The position numbers and the translations under genes are program-made. The notes under the pieces were generated by a model. It saw only the letters and a program-made list of their open reading frames with translations. It was not told the DNA's origin and did no database searches. From Mustelus asterias (lineage: Eukaryota), in contig NW_027590162.1 of assembly GCF_964213995.1 (NCBI RefSeq), positions 124,001 to 188,000 of the forward strand: a stretch of DNA of 64,000 nucleotides, written 5' to 3'. Of this stretch, positions 37,201 through 47,209 are shown piece by piece (the stretch's first letter is position 1; every line of letters starts with the position of its first letter).

Positions 37201-38578
37201 CCCTTCTCTGTTTGCGAGCTAACTTCCCCGCTCCCAGTCACCTTGTCTCAATCCTCTCCCCCCAACCTATCTAGTTTAAACTCTCCCCAGTAGCCTTAGC
37301 CAACCTTCCCACCAGGATATTGGTCCCCCTGGGATTCAAGTGCCACCCGTTTTGTGTGTACAGGTCACACCTGCCCCTAAAGAGGTCCCAATGGTCCAGG
37401 AACCTGAATCCCTGCCCCCTGCACCAGTCCCTCAGCCACACATTCATCCTCCACCTCACTCCATTCCTGCCCTCACCTTCCTGTGGCACAGGCAGCAATC
37501 CTGAGATTACTACCTTTGCTTTCCTCCTTCTCAGCTGTCTCCCTAATTCCCTATACTCTCTTTTCATGACCCCCTTCCCCCTTCCTTCCCACATCAGCGG
37601 TACCAACATGTACCGCTACCTCTGGCTCCTCTCCCTTCCCCCTCAGGATTTCTGGGAGTCGACCAGCGACATCCTGGATCCCGGCCCCAGGAGGCAAACC
37701 ACCATCCGAGACTCCCGCCTGCCTCCGCAAAAATGCCTGTCTGACCCCCTTACTGTTGAGTCCCCGATTAACACTGCCTTCATCCTCTTTTCCTTAGCCC
37801 TCTGAGTTACAGGGCCGGACTCCACTCCGAAGACACGGCCACTGCTGCTTCCCCCAGGCGGGCTGTCCCCCCCAGCAGTACTCAGACAGGAGTACTTGTT
37901 GTGTAGGGGCACATCCACTGGGGTGCTCTCAATCATCCGAGCTTTACCCTTCCTGGCCCTCACCCACTTGCCCTCCACCCGTGGCCCTGGTGTGACCACC
38001 TGATGATAGCTCTTGTCTATCACCTCCTCATTCTCCCTTAACAGCCTAAGATCCTTGAGCTGCAGTTCCAGCTCCTTAACACAGTCCCTCAGGAACCACA
38101 GCTCGACACACCCCTCACAGATGTGGATGTCCGGGAGGCCAGGTGCCTCCAGGACCTCCCAAATCCGACACTGGGAACAACGCACTGGCTTCACACTCAT
38201 ATTTGACCCTTTATACCAAAGTACACAGAAAAGTAAATAAGAATTAAAACTCACCCCTGCTCGCCCTGTCCCCCGAAGCCCTGTGAGCCAAAGCGCTTAT
38301 AGCTCACACTCTGCTTCCCAATCACTCCCCTGCCCGCTCCCGACGCTGCCCGCTGCATACTGCAGCCTACCTTTTGTACTTTGCGCGCTTAAAAAACCCT
38401 TCCCAGACTCCTTAGCAGCCCACTTCCGATTTTCAGTTTAAAATTAAGAAAAATAGTACTCAAAATAAAGGCCAAAAAACACACTAACTAACAAAATAAA
38501 TAATTAAATAAATCTCTCACCAGCACTCCTGCCACAAATCACTCCCTCTCTGCTTGCTCCAGTGGAACAATGAGCAAA
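34283..38578 (-). mobile_element. near full-length CR1 LINE, disrupted
   Basis: ORF1 CSQC..CEGC, LIGDSTV, GWHLNPRG; APE ITETW/YRPP/GDFNFP; RT DFSKAFDKV, KFADD; ttctatgt tail; 5' UTR 38250-38578. Confidence 0.95.
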
Positions 38579-38590
38579 AGAAACCCTACT

Positions 38591-38638
38591 GGGCTCGTCC
38601 GGGATTTGAACCCGGGACTTCTCGCGTTTTAATGCTCG
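38591..38638 (-). pseudogene. tRNA-Pro 3' exon + intron remnant
   Basis: [CGAGCATTAAAA]CGCGAGAAGTCCCGGGTTCAAATCCCGGACGAGCCC; intron homologous to 578-590. Confidence 0.85.
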
Positions 38639-38659
38639 TTCCACAAATTCTGGTTCCTT

Positions 38660-40531
38660 TCTCTCACACATAGAAAAATGTTGCCTGGTCTTGAGGGTGT
38701 TGACTCTGAGGAGAGGTTGAATAAATGCGGATTGTTTTGACTGAAAAGACAGAGGCTGAGGGGAGACCTTATAGAGGTGTACAAAATTGTGAGAGGCACA
38801 GACAGGGTGGATAATCAAAGGCTTTCTCCCAGGGTGGAAGTGTCAATTACAAGGGGCACATGTTCAAGGTGGGAGGGGGAAAGTTTAAGGGAGATGTGTG
38901 GGGGAGAATTTTCATGCGGAGTGGTGGATGCCTGGAACATGCTGCCACAGGAGGTGGTGGAAGCAGGCACATGAACAACATGTAAGAGACATCTGGATTG
39001 GTCCATGAATAGGGAGGGAACAGAGAGATACGGACTAAGTCAGGTTTTTTAAGTCTAGTTCGGGCATCATTTCGGTCCAGGCTTGGAGGGCCGAAGGGTC
39101 TGTTCTTGCGCTGCACTTTTCTTTGTTTTCTTTAAACAGTGAATAGAAGCAAGAGTCGGCCATTCGGCCCATTGAGCCTGCTCTACCATTCACTATGATC
39201 ATCGCTGATCAAATTCTCTTTCCTGATCCCACCTTCCACCCATATCCATTAATCCCTTTAGCCCCAAGAGCTACATTTAATTCCTTCTTGACATCACACA
39301 TTTTGGCCTCAACTATTTTCTGCATTCGCGATTTCCACAGATTCACCACTCTCTGGTGGAGAAATTTCTCCTCACCTCGGTCTTAAAAATTTACCCTTTA
39401 TCCTTACACAAAGGATATCGGTAACATTCTTCCTGAATCTACCCTTTCTCGTCCTGTTAGAATTTTATAAGTTCCTATGAGACCCCTCTCAATCTTCTAA
39501 ACTCCAGTGAACATAATCCTAACTAACTTCATCTTTCTTCATATGACACTTGCCATCCCAGGAAGCAACCTGGGGAACCTTCGCTGCACTCCCCCTGTAG
39601 CAAGGACATCCTTCCTCAGATAAGGACACCAAAACTGCACACAATACTCCAGGTGTGGCCTCATCATTGCCCTATACAACTGCAGTAAAACATCCCTCTT
39701 CTTCGACACAAATCCCCTCCCTCTCAAGGCCAACGTAACATTTGCCGTCTTTTTGTCTCTGTACCTATGCACTTACTTTCAGGGACTGAACAAAGAAGAG
39801 TACAGCACAGGAACAGGCCCTCTCACCCACCAAGTCTGTGCCGACGCAGATGCCTCTTGTAATGACTTCAATCAGGCCATTGAGGTTGGCCGATTGGAGA
39901 ATGAACTCCCTGAATAAGGATCCAATTGATGGGCCAATCAGTGAGTCTTTGCCTTGTACTTAACTGGGAGTGTCAATTCCTCTAACACCCCTGGAGGTAG
40001 ACTGCTAACTGTAAGCACTCGGTGTACTGCTGTTAGAGGTGTAAATAAGGGCATTTTGATGAAGGAACTTCTGCCTCCGCAGACTTATTACACCTCTCTA
40101 ATCTAATATTTTCTTGCCTCGATGTGGTCCATATCCCTCTGTTCCCTGCTGATTCATGTATCTATCCAGATGCCTCTTGAACGTTGTTACAGAATCTGCT
40201 TCCACTACTTCCTCTGACAGCACGTTCCGGGCATTCACCACTCTCTGTCTGAAAAACTTGCTCCTTACATCTCTTTTAAACTTTCCTTCTCACCTTTGTC
40301 TCGAGTTATTGACCGCTCGACCCTGGGAAAAAGACTCTGACAATCCACTCTATCCAACCCTGTCATAATCTTGTAAACCTCTCTCAGGTCCCCCCTCGTC
40401 CTCTGATGCTCCAAAGAAAACAATCCACGTTTGTTCAACCTTCTTCATAGTCTGTATCCTCCAAACCAGGCAACATCCTGGAAAATCTCTTCTGCACCCT
40501 TTCCAATGTATCAACATTCTTCTGGAAGTGT

Positions 40532-40563
<32 letters not shown>

Positions 40564-41070
40564 TGGCCTAACCAAAGTCTTATGCATTAAGACTTGATTG
40601 TACTGACTGATGCACAAGGACACCGAGGTCTCGCTGAGTATCCACCTTCATCAATTTACACCCATTCAAATAATAATCTGCCTTCCTATTTTTGCTACTG
40701 AAGTGAATAATGAAGTGGTCACCGCATATTTATCCACATTATACTACATCTGCCATGCAGATGCCCACGCACTCAGCCTGTCCAAATCGCGCTGAAGGAT
40801 CTCTGCATGCTGCTCACAGCTCACCCTCCCACCCAATATTGTATCATCTACATATTTGGAGATAATACATTTAGTTCCCACGTCCAAATCATTAATATAT
40901 AATATGAACAGTTGGGGTCCTAGCGCTGATCCCTGCGGTCCTCCACTAATCACTGCCTTCCAATTGGAAAAAGACCCATTTATGCCATGTTTTTACTTCC
41001 TGTCTGTTAATCAGCTTTCTATCCATCTCAAGACGCTACCCACAATCCCATGTACTTTACCTTTACATAG
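38660..41070. mobile_element. mosaic of nested CR1 3' fragments on both strands
   Basis: Multiple RPHLEYCVQFW and GxPQGSxLGP motifs. Confidence 0.8.
39858..40092 (+). mobile_element. solo LTR, 235 bp, 5-bp TSD
   Basis: Termini TGTAAT...ATTACA; TSD cctct at 39853-39857 and 40093-40097; inserted in a CR1 3' UTR. Confidence 0.8.
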
Positions 41071-41073
41071 TAG

Positions 41074-41350
41074 AGGGGCGGCACAATGGTTACTACTGCT
41101 GTCTCACAGCGCCAAGGACCCAGGTTCGATTCCCGGCTTGGGTCACTGTCTGTGTGGAGTCTGCACGTTCCCTCCGTGTCTGTGTGTGTTTCCTCTGGGT
41201 ACTCCAGTTCCTCCCACAGTCTGAAAGACGTGCTGGTTCGGTGCATTGGTCATGCTAAATTCTCCCTCAGTCTACCTGAACAGCCGCCGGAGTATGGCGA
41301 CGAGGGGATTTTCACAATAACTTCATTGCAGTGTTAATGTAAACCTACTA
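41074..41350 (+). mobile_element. HE1/V-SINE-type SINE with alternative 3' tail
   Basis: ggggcggcacaatggtta..ggttcgattcccgg head; tail ccggagtatggcgacgaggggattttcaca..ttcattgcagtgttaatgtaa. Confidence 0.8.
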
Positions 41351-41679
41351 ACAAACAAACTGTAACCTTTAACAATTAAAAACATTAGGAGCGACCCTGT
41401 CGAAAATCTTCTGAAATTCTAAAGAAACAACATCCACCGGTTCTTCCTGGTCAACTCAACCAGTTACATCCTCGAAGAATTCCAGTAGTTTTATCAAGCA
41501 TGATTTCCCTTTTGTAAATCCATGCTGACTTTATCTGATCATAACACTGCTTTCCAAACGCTTGGTAATGGGCTTGAGCAGCTGCCCTACGACTGACGTT
41601 CGGCTGACTGGTCATTGGTTCCCTCTTTCCTCTCTACCTCTGTTTTTGAATACAGGGTTTAGATTAGTTACCTCTCTAT

Positions 41680-41875
41680 CCCTTGAAGGTGCTGACTCTG
41701 GCTGGGTTCTGTTCTGCACTCACTGGTTCCTCTCTCCTGAAGGTGCTGTCTCTGGTTGGGTTCAGTTCTACACTCACTGGTTCCTCTCTCCTGAAGGTGC
41801 TGACTCTGGCTGGGTTCTGTTCTGCACTCACTGGTTCCTCTCTACTGAAGGTGCTGTCTCTGGTTGGGTTCTGTT
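41680..41875. repeat. 54-bp minisatellite, ~3.6 units in A-B-A-B order; related copy at ~34192-34280
   Basis: ctgaaggtgctg(a/t)ctctgg(c/t)tgggttc(t/a)gttct(g/a)cactcactggttcctctctc units. Confidence 0.9.
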
Positions 41876-41879
41876 CAGA

Positions 41880-41990
41880 CACTGGAAATCTGCAATAAAA
41901 GCAGAAAAGAAAGCTCAGCCGATTGGGCAGCATCTGTTTCGAGAGAGAAACAGAGTTAGTTTTTCAGGTTTGTGACCTTTCATCAGAACT
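41880..41990 (-). mobile_element. second PLE-terminus family with minimal hammerhead core
   Basis: Minus strand agtt-CTGATGA-aAGGTcacaaACCT-GAAA-aacta-actctg; relatives at ~26880-27005, ~58485-58590, ~26075-26180. Confidence 0.65.
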
Positions 41991-43755
41991 TGAAAACAGA
42001 AACTGGGAAGAGGAGTCGGCCATTCAACCCTTCGTGTCTGTTCCATCATTCAATGTGATCATGGCTGATCCTCTATCTCAATTCCATATTCTGTTTTTCC
42101 CAATACCCCTTGATGCCATTAAAATCTAAAAACAATCTCGCTCTCCTTCTTGAACCGATGCAGTGACTTGGTCTCCACAGCTTCTTTGGCCGAGAATTCC
42201 ATAGGTTCACCACCCTCTGAGTGAAGAAATTTCCCCTCATCTCATTCCTAAATGGTGTTCCCCGTATCCTAAGACTGAGCCCCCTTGTTCAACATTCAAA
42301 GAAAATTACTGCACAGGAACAGGCCCTTCAGCCCTCCAAGCCTGCACCGACCATGCTGCCCGACTGAACTAAAACCCCCTACCCTTCCGGGACCATATCC
42401 CTCTATTCCCATCCTATTCATGTAGTTGTCAAGACGCCCCTTAAAAGTCACGACCGTATCCACTTCCACTACCTCCCCTGGCAACGAGTTCCAGGCACCC
42501 ACTACTCTGTGTAAAAAATCTGCCTCGTACATCTTCTTTAAACCTTGCCCCTGGCACCTTCAACCTGTGCCCCCTAGTAATTGACTCTTCCACCCTGGGA
42601 AAAAGCTTCTGACTATCCACTCTGTCCATGCCTCTCATTATCTGGTAGACATCTATCAGGTCGCCACTCAACCTCCGTTGCTCCAGTGAGAACAAACCAA
42701 GTTTCTCCAACCTCTCCTCATAGCTAATGCCCTCCATACCAAGCAACATCCTGGTAAATCTTTTCTGTACCCTCTCCAAAGCCTCTACATCCTTCTGGTA
42801 ATGTGGCGACCAGAATTGAACACTATATTCCAAGCGCGGCCTAACTCAGGTTCTATAAAGCTGCAACATTGCTTGCCAATTTTTAAACTCAATGCCCCGG
42901 CCGATGAAGGCAAGCATGCCGTATGCCTCCTTGACTACCTTCTCCACCTGCATTGCCACTTTCAGTGACCTGTATGCCTGTACACCCAGATCTCTTTGCC
43001 TATCAGTACTCTGAAGTGTTCTGCCATTTACTGTATATTTCCTAACTGTATTAGACCTTCCAAAATGCATTACCTCACATTTATCCGGATTAAACTCCAT
43101 CTGCCATCTCTCTGCCCAAGTCTCCAACTGATCTACATCCTGCTGAATCCTCTGATGATCCTCATCGCTATCCGGAAATCCACCAACCTTTGTGTCGTCT
43201 GCAAACGTACAAATCAAACCAGTTACATTTTCCTCCAAATCATTTATATATATTACAAACAGCAACAGTCCCAGCACTGATCCTTGAGGAACGCCACTTG
43301 TCACAGCCCTCCATTCAGAAACACACCATTCCACTGCTACCCTCTGTTTTCTGTGACCAAGCCAGTTTTGTATCCACGTAGCCAGCTCACATCTGATCCC
43401 ATGCAACTTCACCTTCTGCACCAGTCTGCCATGAGGGACCTTGTCAAAGGCCTTGCTGAAGTCCATGTATACAACATCCACTGCCCTACCCTGATCAATC
43501 ATCTTTGTTACTTCCTCGAAAAACTCGATCAAGTTCGTGAGACACAACCTCCCCTTCACAAAACCATGCTGCCTCTCACTAATACGTCCACTTATTTCCA
43601 AGTGGGAGTAAATCCTGTCTCGAAGAATCCTCTCCAATAATTTCCCTACCACTGATGTCAGGCTCACCGGCCTGTAATTACCTGGATTATTCTTGCTACA
43701 CTTCTAAAATAAAGGAACAACCTTGGCTGTTCTCCAATCCTCTGGGACCTCCCCT

Positions 43756-44048
43756 GTAAGAGTTTTAACAGCACCAGGTTAAAGTCCAACAGGTTTATTT
43801 GGTAGCAAATACCATTAGCTTTCGGAGCACTGCTTCTTTGTCAGATGGAGTGGAAATCTGCTCTCAAACAAATGGAAATCCATTTTGAGAGCACTGTTTG
43901 AGAGCAGATTTCCACTCCATCCGACAAAGGAGCAGCGCTCTGAAAGCTAATGGTATTTGCAACCAAATAAACCTGTTGGACTTTCACCTGGTGTTGTTAA
44001 AACTCTTACTGTGTTTACCCCAGTCCAACGCCGGCATCTCCACATCAT
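43756..44048 (+). mobile_element. PLE-derived fold-back element, 115-bp arms, hammerhead-like core on each arm
   Basis: Arms 43756-43870 and 43895-44009; CCAT-CYGACAA-stem II-GAAAGCTA-ATGG; common tail; TSD gac(c/g)tcccctgta. Confidence 0.9.
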
Positions 44049-45261
44049 GACGTCCCCTGTAGCCAGTGAGGATACAAAGATTTCCCTCAAGTACCCAGCA
44101 ATTTCCTCCCTTGCCTCTCTCAGTATTCTGGGGTATATCCCATCAGGCCCTAGGGACTTGTCTACCTTAATGTTTCTCAAGAACCTGAATACTTCCTCCT
44201 TTTTGATATCAACATGGCTCAAACTATCGACACATCCTTTCCCAGACTCATCATCCACCAAGTCCTTATCTTTGGTGAATACTGACGCAACGTACTCATT
44301 GAATACCTCACCCATTTGCTCTGGCTCCACGCATAGATTCCCTCCCTTGTCCTTGAGTGGGCCCACCCTCTCCCTGGCTACCTTCTTGCTCTTTACATAT
44401 GTATAAAAAGCCTTGGGATTTTCCTTAATCCTGCTGGCCAATGCTATTACGTGACCCCTTTTAGCCCTCCTTACTCCTTGCTTCAGTTTCTTTCTACTTT
44501 CCTTGTATTCCACACTTGCTTCGTGTGTTCCCGGCCTCCTAGCTTTGACAAATGCTTCCTTTTTCTCTTTGACTAGGCTCACAATATCTCTCGTTATCCA
44601 AGGTTCCCAAAACTTGCCATACTTATCCTTCATCCTTACAGGAATGTGCCGGTCCTGAATCCCTATCAACTTACATTTGAAAGCCTCCCACATGCCAGAT
44701 ATTGATTTGCCTTCAAACATCTGCCCCCAATCTACATTCTTCAGTTCCTGCCTAATATTGTTGTAATTAGCCTTCCCCCAATTTAGCACCTTAACTTGAG
44801 GACTACACTTATCTTTATCCATCAGTACCTTAAAGCTGACTGAATTGTGGTCACTGTTCCCGAACTCCTCCCCTACTGAAACATCAACCACCTGGCTTGG
44901 CTCATTCCTCAATACCAGGTCCAGTATGGCCACTTCCCTAGTTGGACTATCGACATATTGTTTCAAGAAGCCCTCCTGGATGCTCCTTACAAACTCTGCC
45001 CCATCCACGCACCTAGCATTAAGTGAGTCCCAATCAATATATGGGAAGTTAAAATCTCCCACCACAACAACCCTGTTACTTTTACACCTTTCCAAAATCT
45101 GCCGACATCTCTGTTCTTCTATCTCCCGCTGGCGTTGGGTGGCCAATAGTAAACCCCCAACATTATGAATACACCTTTCCTATTCCTGAGCTCTACCCAT
45201 ATTGCCTCGCTGTATGAGCCCTCTGAGGTGACCTCCCGGAGTACAGCTGCGATATTCTCCT

Positions 45262-47209
45262 CATACTCACCTGATGAACAAAGAACAACACAGCACAGCA
45301 ACAGACCCTTCGGCCCTCCAAGCCTGCACCGATCATGTGTTCCTAACTAGACCATCCGTTTGTATCCCTCTATTCCCAGTCTGTTCATGTGGCTATCTAG
45401 ATAAGTCTTAAATGATCCTAGCGTGTCTGCCTCAACCATCTTGCTTGGTAGTGCATTCCAGGCCCCCACCACCCTCTGTGTAAAATATGTCCCCCGCATA
45501 TCTGTATTAAACCTTGCCCCCCTTGAACTTGTGACCCCTTGTGTTTGTCATTTCTGACCTGGGAAAAAGCTTCCAACTGTTCACCCTATCCATGTCCTTC
45601 ATAATTTTATAAACTTCTATTAGGTCGCCCCTCAACCTCCGTCTTTCCAGGGAGAACAACCTTAGTTTACTGAATCTCACCTCATAGCTAATACCCTCCA
45701 TACCAGGCAACATCCTGGTAAACCTTTTCTGCACTCTCTCCAAAGCCTCCACGTCCTTCTGGTAGTGTGGCGACCAGAACTGGACGCAGTATTCCAAATG
45801 TGGCCGAAGCAACGTTCTATATAACTGCAACATCATATGCCAACTTTTATACTCTATGCCCCGTCCAATAAAGGCAAGCATGCCATATGCCTTCTTCACC
45901 ACCTTTTCAACCTGTGCTGCCTCCTTTAAGGATCTGTGGACTTGCACACCCAGATCCCTCTGTGTGTCTATACACCTGATGGTTCTGCCATTTATTGTAT
46001 AGCTCCCCCCTGCATTAGATCTACCAAAATGCATCATTTAGCATTTATCTGGATAAAGTTCCATCTGCCATTTCTCCGCCCTATTTTCCAGCCTATCTAT
46101 ATCCTGCTGTATTCTCTGGCAATGTTCATCACTATCCGCAACTCCAGCAATCTTTGTGTCGTCTGCAAAGTTCCTAATCAGACCAGCTACATCTTCTTAT
46201 AAATCATTTATATGTATATCACAAACAGCAGAGGTCCCAGTACAGAGCCCTGTGGAACACCACTAGTCACAAACCTCCAATCAGAAAAAGAACCCCCCAC
46301 TGCTACCCTCTGTCTTCTATGGCCAAGCCAGTTCTGTACCCATCTCGCTAGTTCACCTTTGATCCTGTGAGATTTAATCTTTTGCACCAGTCTGCCATGA
46401 GGGACCTTGTCAAATGCTTTACTAAATTCCATGTAGACGACATCCACGGCCCTTCCCTCGTCAATCATTTTTGTCACCACCTCAAAAAACTCAACCAAAT
46501 TTGTGAGGCATGCCCTCCCTCGTACAAAACCATGTTGTCTATCGCTAATGCGACTATTCAGTTCTAAATGTGCATAGATCCTATCTCTCAGAATCTTCTC
46601 CAACAATTTCCCTACCACGGACATCAAGCTCACTGGCCTATAATTCCCGGGTTATCCTTGCTACCCTTCTTAAATAACGGGACCACATTTGCTATCCTCC
46701 AATCCTCTGGGACCTCACCTGTGTCCAATGAAGAAACAAAAATTTCTGTTAGAGGCCCAGCAATTTCACCTCTTGTCTCTCAATAATCTGGGACAGGTGC
46801 CATCTGGCCCTGGGGATTTGTCTACCTTTATGCTTCCTAAAACACCTAACACTTCCTCCCTTGTAATTGCGATTTGTTCTAACGGGTCTACACATCCCTC
46901 TGAGACACTACCAATCAACATGTCCCTCTTCTTTGTGAATACTGATGCAAAGTATTCATTTAGGATCTCACCTACTTCCTTGGGTTTTGAGCATAATTCC
47001 CTTCCTTTGTTCTTGAGAGGTCCGACTCTTTCTCTGACAACCTTCTTGCTCCTAACGTATGTATAAAATGCCTTGGGATTCTCCTTAATGAAGGGGCAGC
47101 GCTCCGAACCTAGTGGCTTGTGCTACCAAATAAACCTGTTAGACTTTAACCTGGTGTTGTGGGACTTCTTACTATATTTATCCCAGTCCAACGCCGGCAT
47201 CTCCACATC
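45262..47209 (+). mobile_element. PLE-derived hammerhead element split by a LINE insertion
   Basis: catactcacCTGATGAa | ggggcagcgctccGAA..ccacatc; outer TSD atattctcct at 45252-45261 and 47210-47219. Confidence 0.85.
45279..47087 (-). mobile_element. 5'-truncated CR1 LINE nested in the hammerhead core
   Basis: RT motifs; TSD atgaa at 45274-45278 and 47088-47092. Confidence 0.9.

Noticed and set aside
41562-41975. Repeat-protein ORF or CRISPR-like array
   Set aside because: A 54-bp minisatellite with no unique spacers, in a eukaryotic context.
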